A stretch of DNA of 64,000 nt from Eledone cirrhosa (lineage: Eukaryota). Position numbers and translations under genes: made by a program. This document shows positions 32,601 through 50,600 of the stretch, in pieces (position 1 is the first letter of the stretch; every line of letters begins with the position of its first letter). The stretch covers positions 111,228,001 through 111,292,000 of the forward strand of contig OZ024744.1 in NCBI GenBank assembly GCA_964016885.1, given 5' to 3'. A model generated the notes under the pieces. It made no database searches and was not told the origin of the DNA. It saw only the letters and a list, made by a program, of their open reading frames with translations.

Positions 32601-35600
32601 CTACTCCCAACACTACTCCCAACACTATTCCCAACACTACTACCAACACTACTACCAACACTACCACCAACACTACTACCAACACTACTACCAACACTAC
32701 TCCCAACACTACTACCAACACTATAACCAACACTACTACCAACACTACTACCAACACTACCACCAACACTACCACCAATACTACTACCAACACTACTCCC
32801 AACACTACTCCCAGCACTACTCCCAACACTACTACCAACACGACTCCCAACACTACTACCAACACTACTACCAACACTACTACCAACACTACTACCAACA
32901 CTACTACCAACACTACTCCCAACACTACTACCAACACTACTCCCAACACTACTCCCAACATTACCACCAACACTACCACCAACACTACTACCAACACTAC
33001 TACCAACACTACTACCAACACTACCACCAACACTACTCACAACACTACTACCAACACTACCACCAACACTACTACCAACACTACTACCAACACTACTCCC
33101 AACACTACTACCAACACTACTACCAACACTACTACCAACACTACTACCAACACTACTCCCAACACTACCACCAACACTACTACCAACACTACTACCAACA
33201 CTACTCCCAACACTACTCCCAACACTACTACCAACACTACTACCAACACTACTACCAACACTACTCCCAACAGTACTCCCAACACTACTCCCAACACTAC
33301 CACCAACACTACTCCCAACACTACTACCAACACTGCTACCAACACTACTACCAACACTACTACCAACACTACTCCCAACACTACTACCAACACTACTACC
33401 AACACTACTACCAACACTACTACCAACGCTACAACCAACACTACTACCAACACTACTACCAACACTACTACCAACACTACTACCATCACTACAACCAACA
33501 CTACTACCAACACTACTACCAACACGACTACCAACACTACTACCAACACTACCACCAACACTACAACCAACACTACTACCAACACTACTCCCAACACTAC
33601 TCCCAACACTACCACCAACACTACTACCAACACTACTACCAACACTACTCCCAACACTATTACCAACACTACCACCAACACTACTACCAACACTACTCCC
33701 AACACTACCACCAACACTACCACCAACACTACCACCAACACTACTACCAACACTACTACCAACACTACTCCCAACACTACTCCCAACACTTCCACCAACA
33801 CTACTACCAACACTACTACCAACACTACTACCAACACTACTCCCAACACTACTCCCAACACTACTCCCAACACTACTACCAACACTACTCCCAACACTAC
33901 TACCAACACTACTACCAACACTACTACCAACACTACTACCAACACTACTACCAACACTACTACCAACACTACTCCCAACACTACTACCAACACTACTACC
34001 AACACTACTCCCAACACTACTACCAACACTACTACCAACACTACTCCCAACACTACTACCAACACTACTACCAACACTACTACCAACACTACTACCAGCA
34101 CTACTCCCAACACTACTACCAACACTACTACCAACACTACTACCAACACTACTACCAACACTACTCCCAACACTACTACCAACACTACTACCAACACTAC
34201 TCCCAACACTACTACCAACACTACTACCAACACTACTACCAACACTACTACCAACACTACCCCCAACACTACTCCCAACACTACTCCCAACACTACTACC
34301 AGCACTACTACCAACACTACTACCAACACTACTACCAACACTACTACCAACACTACTCCCAACACTACTCCCAACACTACTACCAACACTACTACCAACA
34401 CTACTCCCAACACTACTCCCAACACTACTCCCAACACTAATACCAACACTACTACCAACACTACTCCCAACACTACTACCAACACTACTACCAACACTAC
34501 CACCAACACTACTCCCAACACTACTACCAACACTACTCCCAACACTACTACCAACACTACTACCAACACTACTACCAACACTACTACCAATACTACTCCC
34601 AACACTACTCCCAACACTATTCCCAACACTACTACCAACACTACTACCAACACTACCACCAACACTACTACCAACACTACTACCAACACTACTCCCAACA
34701 CTACTACCAACACTATAACCAACACTACTACCAACACTACTACCAACACTACCACCAACACTACCACCAATACTACTACCAACACTACTACCAACACTAC
34801 TACCAACACTACTCCCAACACTACAACCAACACTACTACCAACAATACTACCAACACTACTCCCAACACTACTACCAACACTACTCCCAACACTACTACC
34901 AACACTACTCCCAACACTACTACCAACACTACTACCAACACTACTCCCAACACTACTACCAACACTACTCCCAACACTACTACCAACACTACTACCAACA
35001 CTACTCCCAACACTACTACCAACACTACTCCCAACACTACTCCCAACACTACCACCAACACTACTACCAACACTACTACCAATACTACTCCCAACACTAC
35101 TCCCAACACTATTCCCAACACTACTACCAACACTACTACCAACACTACCACCAACACTACTACCAACACTACTACCAAAACTACCACCAACACTACTACC
35201 AACACTACTACCAACACTACTACCAACACTACTACCAACACTACTACCAACACTACTCCCAACACTACTCCCAACACTACTCCCAACACTACTACCAACA
35301 CTACTACCAACATTACTACCAACACTACTACCAACACTACTACCAACACTACTACCAACATTACTACCAACACTACTACCAACACTACTACCAACACTAC
35401 TACCAACATTACTACCAACACTACTACCAACACTACTACCAACATTACTACCAACAATACTACCAACACTACCACCAACACTACTACCAACACTACTCCC
35501 AACACTACTCCCAACACTACTACCAACACTACTACCAACACTACTACCAACACTACTACCAACACTACTACCAAAACTACCACCAACACTACTCCCAACA

Positions 35601-38600
35601 CTACTCCCAACACTACTCCCAACACAATACCAACACTACTCCCAACACTACTCCCAACACTACTACCAACACTACTCCCAACAATACTACCAACACTACT
35701 CCCAACACTACTACCAACACTACTCCCAACACTACTCCCAACACTACTACCAACACTACTCCCAACACTACTACCAACACTACTCCCAACACTACTACCA
35801 ACACTACTACCAACACTACTCCCAACACTACTACCAACACTACTACCAACACTACTCCCAACACTACTACCAACACTACTCCCAACACTACTCCCAACAC
35901 TACCACCAACACTACTACCAACACTACTACCAACACTACTACCAACACTACTCCCAACACTACTACCAACACTACTACCAAACACTACTCCCAACACTAC
36001 TACCAACACTACTCCCAACACTACTCCCAACACTACCACCAACACTACTACCAACACTACTACCAATACTACTCCCAACACTACTCCCAACACTATTCCC
36101 AACACTACTACCAACACTACTACCAACACTACCACCAACACTACTACCAACACTACTACCAACACTACTACCAACACTACTCCCAACACTACTCCCAACA
36201 CTACTACCAACACTACTACCAAAACTACCACCAACACTACTACCAACACTACTACCAACACTACTACCAACACTACTACCAACACTACTACCAACACTAC
36301 TCCCAACACTACCACCAACACTACTACCAACACTACTACCAACACTACTACCAACACTACTACCAACACTACTCCCAACACTACTACCAACACTACTACC
36401 AACACTACTCCCAACACTACTACCAACACTACTACCAACACTACTCCCCAACACTACTACCAACACTACTACCAACACTACTACCAACACTACTACCAGC
36501 ACTACTCCCAACACTACTCCCAACACTACTACCAACACTACTACCAACACTACTACCAACACTACTCCCAACACTACTACCAACACTACTACCAACACTA
36601 TTCCCAACACTACTACCAACACTACTACCAACACTACTCCCAACACTACTACCAACACTACTACCAACACTACTACCAACACTACCCCCAACACTACTCC
36701 CAACACTACTACCAACACTACTACCAACACTACTACCAACACTACTACCAACACTACTCCCAACACTACTCCCAACACTACTACCAACACTACTACCAAC
36801 ACTACTCCCAACACTACTCCCAACACTCTCCCAACACTACTACCAACACTACTACCAACACTACTCCCAACACTACTACCAACACTACTACCAACACGAC
36901 CACCAACACTACTCCCAACACAACTACCAACACTACTCCCAACACTACTACCAACACTACTACCAACACGACCACCAACACTACTCCCAACACTACTCCC
37001 AACACTACTCCCAACACTCTCCCAACACTACTACCAACACTACTCCCAACACAACTACCAACTCCCAACACTACTACCAACACTACTACCAACACTACTC
37101 CCAACACTACTCCCAACACTCTCCCAACACTACTACCAACACTACTACCAACACTACTCCCAACACTACTACCAACACTACTACCAACACTACCACCAAC
37201 AATACTCCCAACACTACTACCAACACTACTACCAACACTACTCCCAACACTACTACCAACACTACTACCAACACTACCAACACTACTAGCAACACTACTA
37301 CCAACACTACTCCCAACACTACTACGAACACTACTACAACACTACTACCAACACTACTACCAACACTACCACCAACACTACCACCAATACTACTACCAAC
37401 ACTACTACCAACACTACTACCAACACTACTCCCAACACTACAACCAACACTACTACCAACAATACTACCAACACTACTCCCACACTACTACCAACACTAC
37501 TCCCAACACTACTACCGACACTACTACCAACACTACTACCAACACAACTACCAACACTACTCCCAGCACTACTCCCAACGCAACTCCCAACACTACTACC
37601 AACACTACTACCAACACTACTACCAACACTACTCCCAACACTACTACCAATACTACTCCCAACACTACTACCAACACTACTACCAACACTTCTACCAACA
37701 CTACTCCAACACTACTCCCAACACGACTCCCAACACTACTACCAACACTACTACCAACACTACTACCAACACTACTACCAACACTACTACCAACACTACT
37801 CCCAACACTACTCCCAACACTACTACCAACACTACTACCAACAGTACTACCAACACTACTCCCAACACTACTACCAACACTACTACCAACACTACTACCA
37901 ACAATACTCCCAACACTACTCCCAACATTACCACCAACACTACCACCAACACTACTACCAACACTACTACCAACACTACTACCAACACTACCACCAACAC
38001 TACTCCCAACACTACTACCAACACTACCACCAACACTACTACCAACACTACTACCAACACTACTCCCAACACTACTACCAACACTACTACCAACACTACT
38101 ACCAACACTACTACCAACACTACTCCCAACACTACCCCAACACTACTACCAACACTACTACCAACACTACTCCCAACACTACTCCCAACACTACACCAAC
38201 ACTACTACCAACACTACTACCAACACTACTCCCACAGTACTCCCAACACTACTCCCAACACTACCACCAACACTACTCCCAACACTACTACCAACACTGC
38301 TACCAACACTACTACCAACACTACTACCAACACTACTCCCAACACTACTACCAACACTACTACCAACACTACTACCAACACTACTACCAACCTACAACCA
38401 ACACTACTCCAACACTATTACCAACACTACTACCAACACTACCACCAACACTACTCACAACACTACTACCAACACTACCACCAACACTACTACCAACACT
38501 ACTACCAACACTACTCCCAACACTACTACCAACACTACTACCAACACTACTACCAACACTACTACCAACACTACTCCCAACACTACCACCAACACTACTA

Positions 38601-41600
38601 CCAACACTACTACCAACACTACTCCCAACACTACTCCCAACACTACTACCAACACTACTACCAACACTACTACCAACACTACTCCCAACAGTACTCCCAA
38701 CACTACTCCCAACACTACCACCAACACTACTCCCAACACTACTACCAACACTGCTACCAACACTACTACCAACACTACTACCAACACTACTCCCAACACT
38801 ACTACCAACACTACTACCAACACTACTACCAACACTACTACCAACGCTACAACCAACACTACTACCAACACTACTACCAACACTACTACCAACACTACTA
38901 CCATCACTACAACCAACACTACTACCAACACTACTACCAACACGACTACCAACACTACTACCAACACTACCACCAACACTACAACCAACACTACTACCAA
39001 CACTACTCCCAACACTACTCCCAACACTACCACCAACACTACTACCAACACTACTACCAACACTACTCCCAACACTATTACCAACACTACCACCAACACT
39101 ACTACCAACACTACTCCCAACACTACCACCAACACTACCACCAACACTACCACCAACACTACTACCAACACTACTACCAACACTACTCCCAACACTACTC
39201 CCAACACTTCCACCAACACTACTACCAACACTACTACCAACACTACTACCAACACTACTCCCAACACTACTCCCAACACTACTCCCAACACTACTACCAA
39301 CACTACTCCCAACACTACTACCAACACTACTACCAACACTACTACCAACACTACTACCAACACTACTACCAACACTACTACCAACACTACTCCCAACACT
39401 ACTACCAACACTACTACCAACACTACTCCCAACACTACTACCAACACTACTACCAACACTACTCCCAACACTACTACCAACACTACTACCAACACTACTA
39501 CCAACACTACTACCAGCACTACTCCCAACACTACTACCAACACTACTACCAACACTACTACCAACACTACTACCAACACTACTCCCAACACTACTACCAA
39601 CACTACTACCAACACTACTCCCAACACTACTACCAACACTACTACCAACACTACTACCAACACTACTACCAACACTACCCCCAACACTACTCCCAACACT
39701 ACTCCCAACACTACTACCAGCACTACTACCAACACTACTACCAACACTACTACCAACACTACTACCAACACTACTCCCAACACTACTCCCAACACTACTA
39801 CCAACACTACTACCAACACTACTCCCAACACTACTCCCAACACTACTCCCAACACTACTACCAACACTACTCCCAACACTACTACCAACACTACTACCAA
39901 CACTACCACCAACACTACTCCCAACACTACTACCAACACTACTCCCAACACTACTACCAACACTACTACCAACACTACTACCAACACTACTACCAATACT
40001 ACTCCCAACACTACTCCCAACACTATTCCCAACACTACTACCAACACTACTACCAACACTACCACCAACACTACTACCAACACTACTACCAACACTACTC
40101 CCAACACTACTACCAACACTATAACCAACACTACTACCAACACTACTACCAACACTACCACCAACACTACCACCAATACTACTACCAACACTACTCCCAA
40201 CACTACTCCCAGCACTACTCCCAACACTACTACCAACACGACTCCCAACACTACTACCAACACTACTACCAACACTACTACCAACACTACTACCAACACT
40301 ACTACCAACACTACTCCCAACACTACTACCAACACTACTCCCAACACTACTCCCAACATTACCACCAACACTACCACCAACACTACTACCAACACTACTA
40401 CCAACACTACTACCAACACTACCACCAACACTACTCACAACACTACTACCAACACTACCACCAACACTACTACCAACACTACTACCAACACTACTCCCAA
40501 CACTACTACCAACACTACTACCAACACTACTACCAACACTACTACCAACACTACTCCCAACACTACCACCAACACTACTACCAACACTACTACCAACACT
40601 ACTCCCAACACTACTCCCAACACTACTACCAACACTACTACCAACACTACTACCAACACTACTCCCAACAGTACTCCCAACACTACTCCCAACACTACCA
40701 CCAACACTACTCCCAACACTACTACCAACACTGCTACCAACACTACTACCAACACTACTACCAACACTACTCCCAACACTACTACCAACACTACTACCAA
40801 CACTACTACCAACACTACTACCAACGCTACAACCAACACTACTACCAACACTACTACCAACACTACTACCAACACTACTACCATCACTACAACCAACACT
40901 ACTACCAACACTACTACCAACACGACTACCAACACTACTACCAACACTACCACCAACACTACAACCAACACTACTACCAACACTACTCCCAACACTACTC
41001 CCAACACTACCACCAACACTACTACCAACACTACTACCAACACTACTCCCAACACTATTACCAACACTACCACCAACACTACTACCAACACTACTCCCAA
41101 CACTACCACCAACACTACCACCAACACTACCACCAACACTACTACCAACACTACTACCAACACTACTCCCAACACTACTCCCAACACTTCCACCAACACT
41201 ACTACCAACACTACTACCAACACTACTACCAACACTACTCCCAACACTACTCCCAACACTACTCCCAACACTACTACCAACACTACTCCCAACACTACTA
41301 CCAACACTACTACCAACACTACTACCAACACTACTACCAACACTACTACCAACACTACTACCAACACTACTCCCAACACTACTACCAACACTACTACCAA
41401 CACTACTCCCAACACTACTACCAACACTACTACCAACACTACTCCCAACACTACTACCAACACTACTACCAACACTACTACCAACACTACTACCAGCACT
41501 ACTCCCAACACTACTACCAACACTACTACCAACACTACTACCAACACTACTACCAACACTACTCCCAACACTACTACCAACACTACTACCAACACTACTC

Positions 41601-44600
41601 CCAACACTACTACCAACACTACTACCAACACTACTACCAACACTACTACCAACACTACCCCCAACACTACTCCCAACACTACTCCCAACACTACTACCAG
41701 CACTACTACCAACACTACTACCAACACTACTACCAACACTACTACCAACACTACTCCCAACACTACTCCCAACACTACTACCAACACTACTACCAACACT
41801 ACTCCCAACACTACTCCCAACACTACTCCCAACACTAATACCAACACTACTACCAACACTACTCCCAACACTACTACCAACACTACTACCAACACTACCA
41901 CCAACACTACTCCCAACACTACTACCAACACTACTCCCAACACTACTACCAACACTACTACCAACACTACTACCAACACTACTACCAATACTACTCCCAA
42001 CACTACTCCCAACACTATTCCCAACACTACTACCAACACTACTACCAACACTACCACCAACACTACTACCAACACTACTACCAACACTACTCCCAACACT
42101 ACTACCAACACTATAACCAACACTACTACCAACACTACTACCAACACTACCACCAACACTACCACCAATACTACTACCAACACTACTACCAACACTACTA
42201 CCAACACTACTCCCAACACTACAACCAACACTACTACCAACAATACTACCAACACTACTCCCAACACTACTACCAACACTACTCCCAACACTACTACCAA
42301 CACTACTCCCAACACTACTACCAACACTACTACCAACACTACTCCCAACACTACTACCAACACTACTCCCAACACTACTACCAACACTACTACCAACACT
42401 ACTCCCAACACTACTACCAACACTACTCCCAACACTACTCCCAACACTACCACCAACACTACTACCAACACTACTACCAATACTACTCCCAACACTACTC
42501 CCAACACTATTCCCAACACTACTCCCAACACTACTACCAACACTACTACCAACACTACCACCAACACTACTACCAACACTACTACCAAAACTACCACCAA
42601 CACTACTACCAACACTACTACCAACACTACTACCAACACTACTACCAACACTACTACCAACACTACTCCCAACACTACTCCCAACACTACTCCCAACACT
42701 ACTACCAACACTACTACCAACATTACTACCAACACTACTACCAACACTACTACCAACACTACTACCAACATTACTACCAACACTACTACCAACACTACTA
42801 CCAACACTACTACCAACATTACTACCAACACTACTACCAACACTACTACCAACATTACTACCAACAATACTACCAACACTACCACCAACACTACTACCAA
42901 CACTACTCCCAACACTACTCCCAACACTACTACCAACACTACTACCAACACTACTACCAACACTACTACCAACACTACTACCAAAACTACCACCAACACT
43001 ACTCCCAACACTACTCCCAACACTACTCCCAACACAATACCAACACTACTCCCAACACTACTCCCAACACTACTACCAACACTACTCCCAACAATACTAC
43101 CAACACTACTCCCAACACTACTACCAACACTACTCCCAACACTACTCCCAACACTACTACCAACACTACTCCCAACACTACTACCAACACTACTCCCAAC
43201 ACTACTACCAACACTACTACCAACACTACTCCCAACACTACTACCAACACTACTACCAACACTACTCCCAACACTACTACCAACACTACTCCCAACACTA
43301 CTCCCAACACTACCACCAACACTACTACCAACACTACTACCAACACTACTACCAACACTACTCCCAACACTACTACCAACACTACTACCAAACACTACTC
43401 CCAACACTACTACCAACACTACTCCCAACACTACTCCCAACACTACCACCAACACTACTACCAACACTACTACCAATACTACTCCCAACACTACTCCCAA
43501 CACTATTCCCAACACTACTACCAACACTACTACCAACACTACCACCAACACTACTACCAACACTACTACCAACACTACTACCAACACTACTCCCAACACT
43601 ACTCCCAACACTACTACCAACACTACTACCAAAACTACCACCAACACTACTACCAACACTACTACCAACACTACTACCAACACTACTACCAACACTACTA
43701 CCAACACTACTCCCAACACTACCACCAACACTACTACCAACACTACTACCAACACTACTACCAACACTACTACCAACACTACTCCCAACACTACTACCAA
43801 CACTACTACCAACACTACTCCCAACACTACTACCAACACTACTACCAACACTACTCCCAACACTACTACCAACACTACTACCAACACTACTACCAACACT
43901 ACTACCAGCACTACTCCCAACACTACTCCCAACACTACTACCAACACTACTACCAACACTACTACCAACACTACTCCCAACACTACTACCAACACTACTA
44001 CCAACACTATTCCCAACACTACTCCCAACACTACTACCAACACTACTACCAACACTACTCCCAACACTACTACCAACACTACTACCAACACTACTACCAA
44101 CACTACCCCCAACACTACTCCCAACACTACTACCAACACTACTACCAACACTACTACCAACACTACTACCAACACTACTCCCAACACTACTCCCAACACT
44201 ACTACCAACACTACTACCAACACTACTCCCAACACTACTCCCAACACTCTCCCAACACTACTACCAACACTACTACCAACACTACTCCCAACACTACTAC
44301 CAACACTACTACCAACACGACCACCAACACTACTCCCAACACAACTACCAACACTACTCCCAACACTACTACCAACACTACTACCAACACGACCACCAAC
44401 ACTACTCCCAACACTACTCCCAACACTACTCCCAACACTCTCCCAACACTACTACCAACACTACTCCCAACACAACTACCAACACTACTCCCAACACTAC
44501 TCCCAACACTACTACCAACACTACTACCAACACTACTCCCAACACTACTCCCAACACTCTCCCAACACTACTACCAACACTACTACCAACACTACTCCCA

Positions 44601-47600
44601 ACACTACTACCAACACTACTACCAACACTACCACCAACAATACTCCCAACACTACTACCAACACTACTACCAACACTACTCCCAACACTACTACCAACAC
44701 TACTACCAACACTACCAACACTACTAGCAACACTACTACCAACACTACTCCCAACACTACTACGAACACTACTACGAACACTACTACCAACACTACTACC
44801 AACACTACCACCAACACTACCACCAATACTACTACCAACACTACTACCAACACTACTACCAACACTACTCCCAACACTACAACCAACACTACTACCAACA
44901 ATACTACCAACACTACTCCCAACACTACTACCAACACTACTCCCAACACTACTACCGACACTACTACCAACACTACTACCAACACTACTACCAACACTAC
45001 TCCCAGCACTACTCCCAACGCAACTCCCAACACTACTACCAACACTACTACCAACACTACTACCAACACTACTCCCAACACTACTACCAATACTACTCCC
45101 AACACTACTACCAACACTACTACCAACACTTCTACCAACACTACTCCAACACTACTCCCAACACGACTCCCAACACTACTACCAACACTACTACCAACAC
45201 TACTACCAACACTACTACCAACACTACTACCAACACTACTCCCAACACTACTCCCAACACTACTACCAACACTACTACCAACAGTACTACCAACACTACT
45301 CCCAACACTACTACCAACACTACTACCAACACTACTACCAACAATACTCCCAACACTACTCCCAACATTACCACCAACACTACCACCAACACTACTACCA
45401 ACACTACTACCAACACTACTACCAACACTACCACCAACACTACTCCCAACACTACTACCAACACTACCACCAACACTACTACCAACACTACTACCAACAC
45501 TACTCCCAACACTACTACCAACACTACTACCAACACTACTACCAACACTACTACCAACACTACTCCCAACACTACCACCAACACTACTACCAACACTACT
45601 ACCAACACTACTCCCAACACTACTCCCAACACTACTACCAACACTACTACCAACACTACTACCAACACTACTCCCAACAGTACTCCCAACACTACTCCCA
45701 ACACTACCACCAACACTACTCCCAACACTACTACCAACACTGCTACCAACACTACTACCAACACTACTACCAACACTACTCCCAACACTACTACCAACAC
45801 TACTACCAACACTACTACCAACACTACTACCAACGCTACAACCAACACTACTACCAACACTACTACCAACACTACTACCAACACTACTACCATCACTACA
45901 ACCAACACTACTACCAACACTACTACCAACACGACTACCAACACTACTACCAACACTACCACCAACACTACTACCAACACTACTACCAACACTACTCCCA
46001 ACACTACTCCCAACACTACCACCAACACTACTACCAACACTACTACCAACACTACTCCCAACACTATTACCAACACTACCACCAACACTACTACCAACAC
46101 TACTCCCAACACTACCACCAACACTACCACCAACACTACCACCAACACTACTACCAACACTACTACCAACACTACTACCAACACTACTCCCAACACTACT
46201 CCCAACACTACTCCCAACACTACTACCAACACTACTCCCAACACTACTACCAACACTACTACCAACACTACTACCAACACTACTACCAACACTACTACCA
46301 ACACTACTACCAACACTACTCCCAACACTACTACCAACACTACTACCAACACTACTCCCAACACTACTACCAACACTACTACCAACACTACTCCCAACAC
46401 TACTACCAACACTACTACCAACACTACTACCAACACTACTACCAGCACTACTCCCAACACTACTACCAACACTACTACCAACACTACTACCAACACTACT
46501 ACCAACACTACTCCCAACACTACTACCAACACTACTACCAACACTACTCCCAACACTACTACCAACACTACTACCAACACTACTCCCAACACTACTACCA
46601 ACACCTACCAACACTACTACCAACACTACCCCCAACACTACTCCCAACACTACTCCCAACACTACTACCAGCACTACTACCAACACTACTACCAACACTA
46701 CTACCAACACTACTACCAACACTACTCCCAACACTACTCCCAACACTACTACCAACACTACTACCAACACTACTCCCAACACTACTCCCAACACTACTCC
46801 CAACACTACTACCAACACTACTACCAACACTACTCCCAACACTACTACCAACACTACTACCAACACTACCACCAACACTACTCCCAACACTACTACCAAC
46901 ACTACTCCCAACACTACTACCAACACTACTACCAACACTACCACCAACAATACTCCCAACACTACTACCAACACTACTACCAACACTACTACCAACACTA
47001 CCAACACTACTAACAACACTACTACCAACACTACTCCCAACACTACTACCAACACTACTACCAACACTACTCCCAACACTACTACCAACACTACTACCAA
47101 CACTACTACCAACACTACTCCCAACACTACTACCAACACTACTACCAACACTACCACCAACAATACCCCCAACACTACTACCAACACTACTACCAACACT
47201 ACTCCCAACACTACTACCAACACTACTACCAACACTACTACCAACACTACTCCCAACACTACTACCAACACTACTCCCAACACTACTACCAACACTACTA
47301 CCAACACTACCAACACTACTACCAACACTACTACCAACACTACTCCCAACACTACTACCAACACTACTACCAACACTACTACCAACACTACTACCAACAC
47401 TACCACCAACACTACCACCAATACTACTACCAACACTACTACCAACACTACTACCAACACTACTCCCAACACTACAACCAACACTACTCCCAACACTACT
47501 ACCAACACTACTACCAACACTACTCCCAACACTACTACCAACACTACTACCAACACTACTCCCAACACTACTCCCAACACTACTACCAACACTACTCCCA

Positions 47601-50600
47601 ACACTACTACCAACACTACTCCCAACACTACTACCAACACTACTACCAACACTACTACCAACACTACTCCCAACACTACTACCAACACTACTACCAACAC
47701 TACTCCCAGCACTAATCCCAACACTACTCCCAACACTACTACCAACACTACCACCAACACTACTCCCAACACTACTACCAACACTACCACCAACACTACT
47801 ACCAACACTACTACCAACACTACTCCCAACACTACTACCAACACTACTACCAACACTACTACCAACACTACTACCAACACTACTCCCAACACTACCACCA
47901 ACACTACTACCAACACTACTACCAACACTACTCCCAACACTACTCCCAACACTGCTACCAACACTACTACCAACACTACTACCAACACTACTCCCAACAC
48001 TACTACCAACACTACTACCAACACTACTACCAACACTACTACCAACACTACCACCAACACTACTACCAACACTACTACCAACACTACTACCAACACTACT
48101 ACCAACACTACCACCAACACTACTACCAACACTACTACCAACACTACTACCAACACTACTACCAACACTACTACCAACACTACCACCAACACTACTACCA
48201 ACACTACTACCAACACTACTCCCAACACTACTCCCAACACTACCACCAACACTACTACCAACACTACTACCAACACTACTCCCAACACTACTACCAACAC
48301 TACCACCAACACTACTACCAACACTACTCCCAACACTACCACCAACACTACCACCAACACTACCACCAACACTACTACCAACACTACTACCAACACTACT
48401 CCCAACACGACCACCAACACTACTACCAACACTACTACCAACACTACCACCAACACTACTACCAACACTACTACCAACACTACTCCCAACACTACTCTCA
48501 ACACTACTACCAACACTACTACCAACACTACTACCAACACTACTCCCAACACTACTACCAACACTACTACCAACACTACTCCCAACACTACTACCAACAC
48601 TACTACCAACACTACCACCAACACTACTACCAACACTACTACCAACACTACTACTAACACTACTACCAACACTACTACCAACACTACTACCAACACTACT
48701 ACCAACACTACTCCCAACACTACTACCAACACTACTACCAACACTACTACCAACACTACTACCAACACTACTACCAACACTACTCCCAACACTACTCCCA
48801 ACACTACTACAAACACTGCTACCAACACTACTACCAACACTACTACCAACACTACTCCCAACACTACTCCCAACACTACTACCAACACTACCACCAACAC
48901 TACTACCAACACTACTCCCAACACTACCACCAACACTACTACCAACACTACCACCAACACTACTACCAACACTACTACCAACACTACTCCAAACACTACT
49001 CCCAACACTACTACCAACACTACCACCAACACTACTCCCAACACTACTACCAACACTACTACCAACACTACTACCAACACTACTCCCAACACTACTCCCA
49101 ACACTACTACCAACACTACTCCCAACACTACTACCAACACTACTACCAACACTACTCCCAACACTACTACCAACGCTACTACCAACACTACTACCAAGAC
49201 TACCACCGACACTACCACCAACACTACCACCAACACTACTACCAACACTACTACCAACACTACCACCAACACTACCACCAACACGAATACCAACACTACT
49301 ACCAACACTACTCCCAACACTACTCCCAACACTACCACCAACACTACTCCCAACACTACTACCAACACTTCTACCAACACTACTCCCAACACTACCACCA
49401 ACACTACTACCAACACTACCACCTACACTACTACTAACACTACTACCAACACTACTACCAACACTACTACCAACACTACTCCCAACACTACCACCAACAC
49501 TACTACCAACACTACTACCAACACTACTACCAACACTACTACCGACACTACTACCAACACTACTACCAACACTACTACCAACACTACTCCCAACACTACT
49601 CCCAACACTACCACCAACACTACTACCAACACTACTACCAACACTACTACCAACACTACTCCCAACACTACTCTCAACACTACTACCAACACTACTACCA
49701 ACACTACTACCAACACTGCTCCCAACACTACTACCAACACTACTACCAACACTACTCCCAACACTACTACCAACACTACTACCAACACTACTCCCAACAC
49801 TACTCCCAACACTACCACCAACACTACTACCAACACTACTACCAACACTACTACCAACACTACTACCAACACTACTACCAACACTACTACCAACAATACT
49901 CCCAACACTACTACCAACACTACCACCAACACTACTCCCAACACTACTACCATCACTACCACCAATATTACTACCAACACTACCACCAACACTACCACCA
50001 ACACTACCACCAACACTACTCCCAACACTGCTACCAACACTACAACCAACACTACTACCAACACTACTCCCAACACTACTACCAACACTACTACCCAACA
50101 CTACTACCAACACTACTACCAACACTACCACCAACACTACCACCAACACTACTCCCAACACTACTACCAACACTACTACCAACACTACCAACACTACTAG
50201 CAACACTACTACCAACACTACTCCCAACACTGCTACCAACACTACAACCAACACTACTACCAACACTACTCCCAACACTACTACCAACACTACTACCCAA
50301 CACTACTACCAACACTACTACCAACACTACTCCCAACACTACTACCAACACTACTACCAACACTACCACCAACACTACTACCAGCACTACTACCAACACT
50401 ACTACCAACACTGCAACCAACACTACTACCAACACTACTACCAACACTACTACCAGCACTACTACCAGCACTACTACCAACACTACTACCAACACTGCAA
50501 CCAACACTACTACCAACACTACTACCAACACTACTCGCAACACTACTACCAACACTACTCCCAACACTACTACCATCACTACCACCAATATTACTACCAA

